A DNA stretch of 64,000 nt from NCBI RefSeq assembly GCF_044324875.1, contig NZ_CP172185.1; one strand, 5' to 3'. The stretch is from Escherichia coli. GTDB taxonomy: Bacteria; Pseudomonadota; Gammaproteobacteria; Enterobacterales; Enterobacteriaceae. Positions 37,998 to 47,815 of this stretch are shown here, piece by piece. Position numbers and translations under genes: made by a program. Under the pieces are notes generated by a model. That model saw only the letters and a list, made by a program, of their open reading frames with translations, made no database searches and was not told the DNA's origin. Each line of letters starts with the position of its first letter. The stretch's first letter is position 1.

Positions 37998-38096
37998 AAA
38001 GCGGTAGAAAAAGTTAAGTTCCCGGTTGATCGAATGGATGCGAATCGCTGATCGGACTTCGATGCCAATCCGTGATCGAATAGAGCGGAATACGCA

Positions 38097-40219
38097 TACC
38101 GGGCGATGTCATTGAAATCTGTGATGATGACTATGCCGGTATCAGCACCGGTGGTCGTGTGCTGGCGGTGAACAGCCAGACCCGGACGCTGACGCTCGAC
38201 CGTGAAATCACGCTGCCATCCTCCGGTACCACGCTGATAAGCCTGGTTGACGGAAGTGGCAATCCGGTCAGCGTGGAGGTTCAGTCCGTCACCGACGGCG
38301 TGAAGGTAAAAGTGAGCCGGGTTCCTGACGGCGTTGCCGAGTACAGCGTGTGGGGGCTGAAGCTGCCGACGCTGCGCCAGCGCCTGTTCCGCTGCGTGAG
38401 TATCCGTGAGAACGACGACGGCACGTATGCCATCACTGCCGTGCAGCATGTACCGGAAAAAGAGGGCATCGTGGATAACGGGGCACACTTTGACGGTGAC
38501 CAGAGCGGCACGGTGAATGGTGTCACGCCGCCAGCAGTGCAGCACCTGACTGTCGAAGTCACCGCAGACAGCGGGGAGTATCAGGTACTGGCCCGCTGGG
38601 ACACGCCGAAGGTGGTGAAAGGCGTGAGTTTCATGCTTCGCCTGACCGTGGCAGCGGATGACGGCAGTGAGCGGCTGGTCAGCACGGCCCGGACGACGGA
38701 AACCACATACCGCTTCAGGCAGCTGGCGCCGGGGAACTACAGGCTGACAGTCCGGGCAGTAAATGCCCGGGGGCAGCAGGGAGACCCGGCGTCGGTATCG
38801 TTCCGGATTGCCGCACCGGCAGCGCCGTCGCGGATTGAGCTGACGCCGGGCTATTTTCAGATAACCGCCACGCCGCATCTTGCCGTTTATGATCCGACGG
38901 TGCAGTTTGAGTTCTGGTTCTCGGAAAAGCGGATTACCGATATCAGGCAGGTTGAAACCACAGCCCGTTATCTTGGTACCGGAAGTCAGTGGCTTGTCTC
39001 CGGCCAGAATATTAAACCTGGCCATGATTATTACTTTTATATCCGCAGTGTTAACACTGTCGGTAAATCGGCATTCGTGGAGGCAGTCGGTCGGGCGAGT
39101 AATGATCCTGCCGGTTACCTTAATTTTTTCAGGGGGGCGATAAATAAAACGCATCTGGGACGGGAGATCAATGAACGCATTGATGCCTCTGCACGGCGCA
39201 CTGAAGTTGAGCAACTGGAGAATGCGATTAACCGCGAAATGACGCAGCTGGAGAATGCGATTAACCGCGAAATGACGCAGCTGGAGAAAGATGTGAGGCA
39301 GCGTGCGGAGCGTGATATCGCAGAGGTGACGAAAAAAATCACGGCGTCTGAAAACAGCATAACGGAACTGGTGGCGAAAAAGAGCGGTGAACAGTCGCTG
39401 GCCATTGCGAAAGTCGACAGGAAAGTTGACAGCGTGAGCAGTGAAATCCGGCAGACAGTAAGCAGGAGCACGGAGGAGAACAGCCGACAGATAGCGCAGG
39501 TCAGGCAGTATGTTGATGATAAAAGTGCGCAAATAAGTACTGTTGTGGCGAAAAAGAGCGGTGAACAGTCAATGGCCATTGCGGAAGTTGACAGAAAAGT
39601 TGACAGGATGGGCAGCGAAATCCGGCAGACAGTAAGCAGGAGCACGGAGGAGAACAGCCGACAGATAGCGCAGATCAGACAGTATGTTGATGATAAGGGA
39701 AGTCAGATCAAACAGAGCACGGATAAAAAACTGGGATCCTGGAATGCCAGCATTGAGCAGATACAGAAAGTTCAGGAGGACACGCGCCGGAACCTGAACA
39801 GCATGTGGGCTGTGAAGCTGCAGCAGACACGGGATGGACGTCTCTATATTGCAGGTATTGGTGCCGGAATCGAAAATACGTCTGACGGAATTCAGAGTCA
39901 GATCCTGATGCAGGCAGATCGTATTGCGATGATTAACCCGGAAAATGGCAATACAACACCTTTGTTTGTGGCTCAGGGTGATCAGCTGTTCATGAATGAT
40001 GTTTTCATGAAAAAACTGACCGTGGATTTTGCCAGAGTGACGGGAGATATCCGGTCAGATAATTTTCATTCCGGTAGTCCGGGGTGGCGTTTATCAAGAA
40101 ACGGCAGCCTTGAAATTAACTCAGGAAGGCCCGGCGCAGGCCGCCTGTTTTTCAATGGCGAGCGAATCGACGTATATGACGATAACAATGTGTTAAGAGT
40201 ACGACTGGGGAGACTGTAA
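38097..40219 (+). pseudogene. J: Host specificity protein J, C-terminal fragment (distal tip diverges from lambda and carries tandem duplications)
   Basis: Continues the lambda-J-like sequence [43 protein letters not shown]. Track ORF 38159..40219. Confidence 0.85.
39214..39718 (+). repeat. Tandem duplications inside the J distal region: 2 x 33 bp and 2 x about 174 bp
   Basis: CTGGAGAATGCGATTAACCGCGAAATGACGCAG twice ([11 protein letters not shown] x2). A larger unit starting GTGGCGAAAAAGAGCGGTGAACAGTC repeats at about 39371 and 39545 with about 90 percent identity. Confidence 0.7.
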
Positions 40220-40479
40220 TGTTCGGAGTCCGGGTATGGCGCAAAGGGCGCCTTGTGACACATGAAATAAACCCAACAGGGGTGCTGGATGTGATCACTG
40301 AAGGGACGGGGCAGCGTTCTTATACTCCTTTGCAGGGCTGGCGTCTGGAAGTCTGTTCACCGGCCATTCTGATTAACGGTCAGGGAAGTCATACCAGTGC
40401 CAGTGTATCCGGCTGGACAGTGCACTATGCCAACACAAGCTGGCTAAGACCCGTGCTGGTCATGATAAGGGGGATCTGA
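40219..40479 (+). CDS. Hypothetical protein (86 aa), translationally coupled to J
   Basis: Start overlaps the J stop (TAATG); no known motif. Confidence 0.5.
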   Translation: MFGVRVWRKGRLVTHEINPTGVLDVITEGTGQRSYTPLQGWRLEVCSPAILINGQGSHTSASVSGWTVHYANTSWLRPVLVMIRGI

Positions 40480-41141
40480 TGTTTGCACTTAAATTAACTG
40501 ATGAGCGGGGGAGAGAATGGATATCACCTGTTGCGCCGCCACTGAACCTTGTGCGCCGTTTTCATTTCACACTGAGTGCGCGTGATGCGGTGATGCAGTT
40601 TATCGACACCGGGGTGCCGACGAATTATCGTTGCGTGATTTTTATTAAACAGATAAGCGGTAATCAGTCCTTCCATGGTGAAATGGTTCAGCTTAACGGT
40701 ACCTGGCAGTATGACATTTTCAGCGCTGGTACAGGGCAGGAGCCGGGCATGGAACAGGACAGCACATATGTTGTTTATGTTTTTGCCAACATGGTGAATG
40801 TATGGCCGCAATGGGGAATACAGTTGTGCGACAGTCATGGCAGGGTGGTCTGGAACACGGAAATGCTGCCACTGGAAGTAAAAATGACGCGAATATGGGA
40901 AAAGGATGTACCGATCAGTGTGGGACATGATGTGGCCGTAATGCCGGGGTGTACCCAGTGGACGACAGTTCAGGAAGGGGAGAGTTATTACTGGTATACC
41001 GCCAGTTTTAATGCCAGAAACTCACAGTTATGGCGTCAGTCAACTTTTGCTGAAGATAACGTAGCGGCGCCCAATGATAATTCAGGTGTTGTTAATAACC
41101 TCTGTTATTACATAAATGCAGAAATTTATGATGCGTACTGA
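40479..41141 (+). CDS. Hypothetical protein (220 aa) downstream of J
   Basis: Start overlaps the previous stop (TGATG); Trp/Tyr-rich; no family recognised. Confidence 0.5.
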   Translation: MFALKLTDERGREWISPVAPPLNLVRRFHFTLSARDAVMQFIDTGVPTNYRCVIFIKQISGNQSFHGEMVQLNGTWQYDIFSAGTGQEPGMEQDSTYVVYVFANMVNVWPQWGIQLCDSHGRVVWNTEMLPLEVKMTRIWEKDVPISVGHDVAVMPGCTQWTTVQEGESYYWYTASFNARNSQLWRQSTFAEDNVAAPNDNSGVVNNLCYYINAEIYDAY

Positions 41142-41162
41142 TAGTTATGTTGAGGGCATGTA

Positions 41163-41408
41163 ATGAAAATAATCGTCTGCACTTTTTTGCTGTTTCTTGT
41201 ATCAGGTTGCGCGGGGTACCGTTCCGTTACGGAGAGAGTCCGGTGCACCGGTGTGCTGAGTCCCGGGGTTTTACAGCGAGCTTATACGGTAGATCTTACA
41301 GGGAAAATAGAAACGAAAAGCGGCACTGTGTATAAAGTATCAGCTCCGAGATTTTATGGTCAGTGGGTGAGTGAAGATATGTTTACGAAAGTTTCGTGCG
41401 TGAAGTAA
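41163..41408 (+). CDS. Small predicted lipoprotein (81 aa); possible Cor-like superinfection-exclusion protein
   Basis: MKIIVCTFLLFLVSGC lipobox; located between J and the side tail fibre, where cor-type genes sit in some lambdoid phages. Function is inferred from position only. Confidence 0.5.
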   Translation: MKIIVCTFLLFLVSGCAGYRSVTERVRCTGVLSPGVLQRAYTVDLTGKIETKSGTVYKVSAPRFYGQWVSEDMFTKVSCVK

Positions 41409-41483
41409 TCATAAAAACACCCGATTGTAAATGAATGACGACGCCCGCAATTTTGCGGGATTATTTTTATTTGTGGAGCGAGT

Positions 41484-42812
41484 ATGGCGGCTGTAAAAAT
41501 TTCAGGCGTGCTCAGGGACGGAACCGGAAAACCGGTACCGGGATGCATTATTGAGCTGAAAGCGAAGAGAACCAGCGAGACAGTCATCGCCACGACAGTG
41601 GCTTATGGCATGCCGGAAGAGACGGGGAGTTACAGTATGGATGTGGAGCCAGGAATATACAGGGTGACACTCAATACAGAAGGTTACCGTCCTTCGTATG
41701 TGGGAGATATCGTGGTCAGGGAGGATTCTTCACCGGGAACACTGAATAAATTTCTGATGGAGATGGAAGATGCTCCTTATTATCCGAAGGCGTTGTCAGA
41801 GCTGGAGGCTGTGGTGCAGTCCATACTGCACAGAGCAGAGTCCGCGGCATCTGAGGCGGAGGAAGCCCGGAAGCGAGCAGCATCTGCCCGGGGACCACGA
41901 GGAGAGAAAGGGGATACCGGCGCTCGTGGTGAAAGAGGCATTACCGGGCCACAGGGGCCAAAAGGTGAAACAGGAGCACGTGGCCCGGCAGGACCACAGG
42001 GACCAAAAGGTGAAACAGGTGAACGCGGTCCGGCAGGTCCACAGGGACCAAAGGGCGATACAGGTGAACGCGGCCCGGCAGGTCCACAGGGACCAAAAGG
42101 TGAAACAGGTGCACGTGGTCCGGAAGGTCCACAGGGAGCAAAAGGTGAAACAGGTGAACGCGGCCCGGCAGGTCCACAGGGAGCAAAGGGCGAAACAGGT
42201 GCACGTGGTCCGGAAGGCCCTCAGGGTCTGAAGGGAGAAAAGGGTGAGCGAGGAGAAAAAGGCCCTAAGGGGGATAAAGGAGATCCGGGAGGTCCACAGG
42301 GACCAAAAGGTGAAACAGGTGAACGTGGCCCGGCAGGTCCACAGGGACCAAAAGGTGAAACAGGTGAACGTGGCCCGGCAGGTCCACAGGGACCAAAGGG
42401 CGATACAGGTGAACGCGGTCCGGCAGGTCCACAGGGGCCAAGAGGGTATACAGGTGAACGCGGGCCGACAGGTCTACAGGGGCCAAGAGGGTATACAGGT
42501 GAACGCGGGCCGGCAGGTCCACAGGGGCCAAGAGGAGAAGCGGGGCGGCCAGCGAGCGTCGGAAGTGTTTATTCCGTGGGGTCTTATGTTCTGGGGATCA
42601 TAGAACGAAATCATGAGATAACAAATACCCGTCAAATACCCGGGTATCGTATCAGACAGGCCGTTATTGTGTCGTCGTCATCGGATAAACTTACAGATAT
42701 CCGCTTTTTATTTGGCAATCCTATGCTTGGTACATGGATGTTATGCACAACTAACATGGCGGTGAATAATATCAGTGGGACGATTTGGGGCCTGTTTCAG
42801 AGAATACTGTGA
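41484..42812 (+). CDS. stf: Side tail fibre protein with collagen-like Gly-X-Y repeats
   Basis: N-terminal tail-fibre domain ([63 protein letters not shown]) followed by about 70 G-X-Y triplets. Confidence 0.85.
   Translation: MAAVKISGVLRDGTGKPVPGCIIELKAKRTSETVIATTVAYGMPEETGSYSMDVEPGIYRVTLNTEGYRPSYVGDIVVREDSSPGTLNKFLMEMEDAPYYPKALSELEAVVQSILHRAESAASEAEEARKRAASARGPRGEKGDTGARGERGITGPQGPKGETGARGPAGPQGPKGETGERGPAGPQGPKGDTGERGPAGPQGPKGETGARGPEGPQGAKGETGERGPAGPQGAKGETGARGPEGPQGLKGEKGERGEKGPKGDKGDPGGPQGPKGETGERGPAGPQGPKGETGERGPAGPQGPKGDTGERGPAGPQGPRGYTGERGPTGLQGPRGYTGERGPAGPQGPRGEAGRPASVGSVYSVGSYVLGIIERNHEITNTRQIPGYRIRQAVIVSSSSDKLTDIRFLFGNPMLGTWMLCTTNMAVNNISGTIWGLFQRIL
41884..42546 (+). repeat. Collagen-like triplet repeat array (tandem about 45 bp units) within the tail fibre gene
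   Basis: Repeated GGTCCACAGGGACCAAAAGGTGAAACAGGTGAACGCGGCCCGGCA-type units encoding [15 protein letters not shown]; explains the many antisense ORFs in the track here. Confidence 0.8.
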
Positions 42813-42827
42813 CAGGGGGAGAAATGA

Positions 42828-42950
42828 ATGAAGGTCGATAAAATCACGTCACCAGTGTGGGCTGACAGGGGTCATACGACCATAAACTGTATAGTGAAGT
42901 TTTCAGACGCGGAAACAGAATGTGTATTTACAGCAAGTGCGGATGATCCG
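42828..42950 (+). pseudogene. tfa: Tail fibre assembly protein, N-terminal 41 codons (interrupted by IS66-family insertion)
   Basis: ATG at 42828 with GGGGGAG RBS; MKVDKITSPVWADRGHTTINCIVKFSDAETECVFTASADDP then a stop inside the IS end. Confidence 0.6.
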
Positions 42951-43032
42951 TAACCGGCTCATTTAAACCGTCTGGTCTGTTTCCTCCGGCTCTACAAAAA
43001 TAATGTCCATCATTTTTAATGGACACTATCGT

Positions 43033-43680
43033 ATGAAACACCGGACCTGGATCACTGAAGCTTTACGTCTTCACTTTGAAGAACATTTACCCCGGGTTGT
43101 GGCCGGGCGTCGCCTGGGTGTACCAAAATCAACAGTTTGTAGTATGTTCGTGCGCTTTCGGAGAGCTGGCCTTTCGTGGCCTTTGCCCGCAGGCATGTCG
43201 GAGCAGGAACTTGATGCCTGCCTTTACGGACAATTTTCCACGGTACCAGTCGTACGTCCTGAAAGCACCGTTATATCCGAAGCCCCCGTGGTAAAAAAAC
43301 GTCCCCGGCGGCCCAACTTCCCTTATGAGTTTAAAATCGCCTTAGTGGAGCAGTCACTGCAGCCCGGAGCCTGTGTGGCGCAGATCGCCCGGGAAAACGG
43401 AATCAACGATAACCTGCTCTTCAACTGGCGCCATCAATACCGGAAAGGTGGCCTGCTGCCTTCCGGAAAAAATATGCCGGCACTGCTTCCCGTGACGTTA
43501 ACGCCGGAGCCGGATAATAAAATCCCGGCCCCCGCACAGGAACCAGAGCAGATAAATACACCGTCCGACAGTCTGTGTTGTGAGCTGGTTCTGCCGGCCG
43601 GAACTCTCAGGCTTAAAGGTAAACTGACGCCGGCGTTATTACAGACACTTATCCGCGAAATAAAAGGGAGCAGCCACTGA
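43033..43680 (+). CDS. tnpA: IS66-family accessory protein TnpA (orf1)
   Basis: Internal Met of track ORF 43003..43680; HTH-like N-terminus. Confidence 0.7.
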   Translation: MKHRTWITEALRLHFEEHLPRVVAGRRLGVPKSTVCSMFVRFRRAGLSWPLPAGMSEQELDACLYGQFSTVPVVRPESTVISEAPVVKKRPRRPNFPYEFKIALVEQSLQPGACVAQIARENGINDNLLFNWRHQYRKGGLLPSGKNMPALLPVTLTPEPDNKIPAPAQEPEQINTPSDSLCCELVLPAGTLRLKGKLTPALLQTLIREIKGSSH

Positions 43681-44027
43681 TGATATCTCTCCCTGCAGGT
43701 TCGCGTATCTGGCTGGTTGCAGGTATCACCGATATGCGAAATGGCTTTAACGGCCTGGCATCAAAAGTTCAGAACGTCCTGAAGGATGACCCGTTCTCCG
43801 GACACCTGTTCATCTTCCGCGGACGCCGGGGTGACCAGATAAAAGTGTTGTGGGCTGACAGTGACGGACTGTGCCTCTTCACCAAACGCCTGGAGCGGGG
43901 CCGCTTCGTCTGGCCAGTCACCCGTGACGGCAAGGTGCACCTTACTCCGGCTCAGTTATCCATGCTTCTTGAAGGTATCAACTGGAAGCACCCGAAACGA
44001 ACGGAACGCGCTGGAATCCGCATATAA
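43680..44027 (+). CDS. tnpB: IS66-family TnpB (orf2)
   Basis: 115 aa; MISLPAGSRIWLVAGITDMRNGFNGLASKVQNVLKDDPFSGHLFIFRGRRGDQIKVLWAD is the typical IS66 Orf2. Confidence 0.85.
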   Translation: MISLPAGSRIWLVAGITDMRNGFNGLASKVQNVLKDDPFSGHLFIFRGRRGDQIKVLWADSDGLCLFTKRLERGRFVWPVTRDGKVHLTPAQLSMLLEGINWKHPKRTERAGIRI

Positions 44028-44046
44028 CCCGTTGTAAAGTGAGGAT

Positions 44047-45618
44047 ATGGACACCTCACTTGCTCATGAGAACGCCCGCCTGCGGGCACTGTTGCAGACG
44101 CAACAGGACACCATCCGCCAGATGGCTGAATACAACCGCCTGCTCTCACAGCGGGTGGCGGCTTATGCTTCCGAAATCAACCGGCTGAAGGCGCTGGTTG
44201 CGAAACTGCAACGTATGCAGTTCGGTAAAAGCTCAGAAAAACTTCGTGCAAAAACCGAACGGCAGATACAGGAAGCACAGGAGCGAATCAGCGCACTTCA
44301 GGAAGAAATGGCGGAAACGCTGGGTGAGCAATATGACCCGGTACTGCCATCCGCCCTGCGCCAGTCTTCAGCCCGTAAACCGTTACCGGCCTCACTTCCC
44401 CGTGAAACCCGGGTTATCCGGCCGGAAGAGGAATGCTGTCCTGCCTGTGGTGGTGAACTCAGTTCTCTGGGATGTGATGTGTCAGAGCAACTGGAGCTTA
44501 TCAGCAGCGCCTTTAAGGTTATCGAAACACAACGTCCGAAACAGGCCTGTTGCCGGTGCGACCATATCGTGCAGGCACCAGTACCTTCAAAACCCATTGC
44601 ACGCAGTTATGCCGGAGCGGGGCTTCTGGCCCATGTTGTCACCGGGAAATATGCAGACCATCTGCCGTTATACCGCCAGTCAGAAATATACCGTCGTCAG
44701 GGAGTGGAGCTGAGCCGTGCCACACTGGGGCGCTGGACAGGTGCTGTTGCTGAACTGCTGGAGCCGCTGTATGACGTCCTGCGCCAGTATGTGCTGATGC
44801 CCGGTAAAGTCCATGCTGATGATATCCCCGTCCCGGTCCAGGAGCCGGGCAGCGGTAAAACCCGGACAGCCCGGCTGTGGGTCTACGTCCGTGATGACCG
44901 TAACGCCGGTTCACAGATGCCCCCGGCGGTCTGGTTCGCGTACAGTCCGGACCGGAAAGGTATCCATCCACAAAATCACCTGGCCGGTTACAGCGGTGTG
45001 CTTCAGGCCGATGCTTACGGTGGTTACCGGGCGTTATACGAATCCGGCAGAATAACGGAAGCCGCGTGTATGGCTCATGCCCGGAGAAAAATCCACGATG
45101 TGCATGCAAGAGCGCCCACCTACATCACCACGGAAGCCCTGCAGCGTATCGGTGAACTGTATGCCATCGAGGCAGAGGTCCGGGGCTGTTCAGCAGAACA
45201 GCGTCTGGCGGCAAGAAAAGCCAGAGCCGCGCCACTGATGCAGTCACTGTATGACTGGATACAGCAACAGATGAAAACACTGTCGCGTCACTCAGATACG
45301 GCAAAAGCGTTCGCATACCTGCTGAAACAGTGGGATGCACTGAACGTGTACTGCAGTAATGGCTGGGTGGAAATCGACAACAACATCGCAGAGAACGCCT
45401 TACGGGGAGTGGCCGTAGGCCGGAAAAACTGGATGTTCGCGGGTTCCGACAGCGGTGGTGAACATGCGGCGGTGTTGTACTCGCTGATCGGCACATGCCG
45501 TCTGAACAATGTGGAGCCAGAAAAGTGGCTGCGTTACGTCATTGAACATATCCAGGACTGGCCGGCAAACCGGGTACGCGATCTGTTGCCCTGGAAAGTT
45601 GATCTGAGCTCTCAGTAA
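44047..45618 (+). CDS. tnpC: IS66-family transposase TnpC (orf3)
   Basis: 523 aa with N-terminal coiled coil, Cys cluster CPACGG...CCRCDH, and DDE-type core. Confidence 0.85.
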   Translation: MDTSLAHENARLRALLQTQQDTIRQMAEYNRLLSQRVAAYASEINRLKALVAKLQRMQFGKSSEKLRAKTERQIQEAQERISALQEEMAETLGEQYDPVLPSALRQSSARKPLPASLPRETRVIRPEEECCPACGGELSSLGCDVSEQLELISSAFKVIETQRPKQACCRCDHIVQAPVPSKPIARSYAGAGLLAHVVTGKYADHLPLYRQSEIYRRQGVELSRATLGRWTGAVAELLEPLYDVLRQYVLMPGKVHADDIPVPVQEPGSGKTRTARLWVYVRDDRNAGSQMPPAVWFAYSPDRKGIHPQNHLAGYSGVLQADAYGGYRALYESGRITEAACMAHARRKIHDVHARAPTYITTEALQRIGELYAIEAEVRGCSAEQRLAARKARAAPLMQSLYDWIQQQMKTLSRHSDTAKAFAYLLKQWDALNVYCSNGWVEIDNNIAENALRGVAVGRKNWMFAGSDSGGEHAAVLYSLIGTCRLNNVEPEKWLRYVIEHIQDWPANRVRDLLPWKVDLSSQ

Positions 45619-45648
45619 ATATCAATACGGTTCTGACGAGTCGCTTAC

Positions 45649-46110
45649 GATGATCCTGAGTCTTACGGTCGTGAAATATTTGAAGCCTGCATAAGAGGTG
45701 ATGCAGGGCCGGTAGGTGAGTACCGGGCAAATGATGATATGGCTGTGGAAGAAGCACGCAGGATGAAAAACGCGGAGATAAATGCCTGGCGTGATGCGAT
45801 GGAGGCGTCAGGGTATGTTTTTGAGCACAGAGGACGGAAATGGGATTATGGAAAGGAAACCATGACACGTCTTGGAATGTCGGCATCAGCGGCCAGAGGC
45901 GGTGTGTTGCCGGAAGGATTTTTCTGGACGGACGCAGAGAATAATGATGTACCGATGACGGCAGATGAACTGATATCCCTGAGTGATGCTGCTGGTAAAG
46001 CGATGTTCAGGAAAGGCCTTGAAATACATATAAGGCAAAGGGAGATGAAAAAGGCAATAGCAGAACTGAGTGACAGTGAAACCATTCTGGCGTACAGGGT
46101 TGGATGGTGA
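45649..46110 (+). pseudogene. tfa: Tail fibre assembly protein, C-terminal fragment
   Basis: In frame with the N-terminal fragment once the IS and one TSD copy are removed (..ADDPESYGREIFEACIRGDAGPVGEY..); track ORF 45739..46110. Confidence 0.6.
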
Positions 46111-46127
46111 AACTGATAAAAAAACCC

Positions 46128-46160
46128 CTCTGAAAATTCTGTCAGAGGGGGGCAAGGATC
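46128..46160. terminator. 9 bp perfect hairpin CCCCTCTGA/TCAGAGGGG with flanking A-run (T-run on minus strand)
   Basis: Located just after tfa; geometry favours minus-strand termination. Confidence 0.4.
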
Positions 46161-46336
46161 TATATTTATTATGCGGTAATGCTTTCACTCCGGTAATTAA
46201 TTTCAGTGATTAACTGCTTTCGATCAATAAAGGAATTGCAAAAAGGTGATCTTGTTCACGACATTGTGGATGATAATATGCCTGATGTCTGAATCCGGAA
46301 ACAGTGATCTGGCGGGTTTCATGTGAAGTTGACGGA

Positions 46337-46368
46337 TAAAAAATCCGCACGACCAGACAGACGTGCGG
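46337..46368 (-). terminator. Rho-independent terminator downstream of the ykgJ-like gene
   Basis: CCGCACG-loop-CGTGCGG hairpin, followed on the minus strand by a T-run. Confidence 0.5.
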
Positions 46369-46475
46369 TTTACGAAATTCGTAACAAGAGGCTTTTCTAG
46401 GGATCACGTGGTGCGTGCCACGTGAAATTTTTGTAGCGCAAAATGTGTAATGTGTAAATACAAGGAAGGAAAAAG

Positions 46476-46805
46476 TTAAATCGGTGGAAGTCCATACCGG
46501 GAACGTGCACGGTTACATGCTTCGTTTTCAATACCATTTTCACCAGACATGGCAAATTCCCGGCACGTTGATGAACGGTTTTCGTAGATGGTACAGCTCG
46601 CTTCTTTACCTGGTGTTCCTGCAAGGGCAATACATCTGGGGTTTTTCTGGTTTGTACCGATCATGCATCGGTGCAAAGGCGATACTTGTTCAGTAAGTCT
46701 GGCTGGAATGGTGCCGCCAGCATCGTCGGCTTCGGCCCAGTAAAAAGAGACGCGGAAAAATGCACAACAGGCACCACACGTTATGCATGGATTTGGATTG
46801 CTCAT
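46476..46805 (-). CDS. YkgJ-family (UPF0153) Cys-rich putative metal-binding protein; cargo gene at the prophage right end
   Basis: [31 protein letters not shown]...[16 protein letters not shown] closely resembles recalled E. coli YkgJ (CxxCGxCC motif). Confidence 0.75.
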   Translation of the reverse strand: MSNPNPCITCGACCAFFRVSFYWAEADDAGGTIPARLTEQVSPLHRCMIGTNQKNPRCIALAGTPGKEASCTIYENRSSTCREFAMSGENGIENEACNRARSRYGLPPI

Positions 46806-47167
46806 AATTCACCACAGCTATAAATTATAAAGAAAACCGCAGCATGTCGTATGCAAGAACGTGCTGCAGCTGGCTGGTTAACTTTCGATAGTGCGAGTAT
46901 TGAATGATTTCCAGCCGTTACCGATTTTATATAACTGCAGTGGAATTATTCAACACAGGCAAAACGGAATAAGCTGAGAAAAAAGCGTACTTTCCCAATC
47001 TGGGGCAAATCACGTCTGAATGACACCTGACAACAGATGGTGGCCTCAAGAAGGCTTGGAATATTCTTCTTTAATGTTATGTAAATTATTGATTTTTCGT
47101 GTACGATTTTAAGACATTTATTCCAAGAAAAATTTTTAACTCTTTGATTTTTCGACTCTGTATCATC

Positions 47168-47228
47168 GGTCTCGAAAACCGGAGTAGGGGCAACTCTACC
47201 GGGGGTTCAAATCCCCCTCTCTCCGCCA
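47168..47228 (+). repeat. attR: partial 3' copy of tRNA-Ser with the host-type variable arm
   Basis: GGTCTCGAAAACCGGAGTAGGGGCAACTCTACCGGGGGTTCAAATCCCCCTCTCTCCGCCA; lacks the tRNA 5' half. Confidence 0.75.
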
Positions 47229-47775
47229 CTTTATCAATGACTTATCTCCCGACTTCCCGCCTTGCTTTTCCTAAACAGAACAATCGTAGAATATTCTTGA
47301 AGGGTTAGATCGTCACTGTTTTCTGTTCGATACTGTGACATTCAGCACTTGATTCGCTATGGATCTGACAGGAAGGTTTCGAGCGAAAATCTGCAATTAT
47401 TCAGTCGTTTTCTTATCGGTCACCATTATTCTTTTAGACATTGATCCTACAAAGCTGCCGCAAAGTTGGTGGTGGGAACTGAAGTTGCGTAGAGAAGTGG
47501 TCAATAATTGAGCAAAAAAAGGAACGCGGCCGTCAGATTAAAGCCGCGGGACAAAGTCCATAATTTCCAAGAGTTGTTGAATTTCCCAGCTTTTTTGAAA
47601 GCCTTCGTATCATACTAACAAGTAAAAAAGGTTTAAATACCAAAATTAACCTATATTTCTGGTTAGCTTTACCATGACAGATGACTTGCTCCTGGAGACA
47701 TTGGCGCAGCCAGTCTGTATTGGTGAGTTGTGTATTTATTGTTCGCCGTTTTCTCAGTTTTTTCTACAGACATAA

Positions 47776-47815
47776 TAAAAAAGACACGTCTCAAGCATGA
47801 GCGTGTCTGAGTTTG
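47776..47815 (-). terminator. Rho-independent terminator downstream of zinT
   Basis: AGACACG...CGTGTCT hairpin, followed on the minus strand by TTTTTTATT. Confidence 0.5.

Larger units (their letters stand above)
35458..38096 (+). mobile_element. IS21-family insertion sequence (~2.64 kb) with 6 bp target duplication TACCGG
   Basis: Ends TGCAAAATGGCAT... and ...AATACGCA (5'-TG...CA-3'). Multiple TTTGGCAT repeats in the left terminus. istA-istB pair. TACCGG at 35452..35457 and 38097..38102. Joining the flanks restores the J frame ([14 protein letters not shown]). Confidence 0.8.
42950..45648 (+). mobile_element. IS66-family insertion sequence (~2.7 kb) with 8 bp target duplication GATGATCC
   Basis: Ends GTAACCGGCTCATTTAAACCGTC... 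and ...GACGAGTCGCTTAC (imperfect inverted repeats starting GTAA). Three-ORF structure tnpA-tnpB-tnpC. GATGATCC at 42942..42949 and 45649..45656. Joining the flanks restores an about 193 aa tfa frame. Confidence 0.85.
898..47228. mobile_element. Lambdoid mosaic prophage (~46.3 kb) integrated at serU; probably defective (two IS insertions in tail genes)
   Basis: Bounded by 61 bp direct repeats of the tRNA-Ser 3' end. Contains int/xis, immunity, replication, Q, lysis, HK97-like head and lambda-like tail modules in canonical order. Flanked by core genes mtfA and zinT. Confidence 0.9.

Noticed and set aside
37994-39645. 512 aa and 176 aa minus-strand ORFs
   Set aside because: Antisense to the J C-terminal fragment; low-complexity artefacts of the repeat region.
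41716-42603. Multiple plus- and minus-strand ORFs (60-153 aa) overlapping the tail fibre gene
   Set aside because: Alternative-frame readings of the collagen-like triplet repeat array.
44198-45509. Several ORFs overlapping tnpC in other frames or strands
   Set aside because: tnpC has a clear transposase signature; the others are Arg/Ser-rich shadow ORFs.
47099-47308. 69 aa plus-strand ORF
   Set aside because: Spans the attR tRNA fragment, so a spurious reading of RNA-gene and intergenic DNA.
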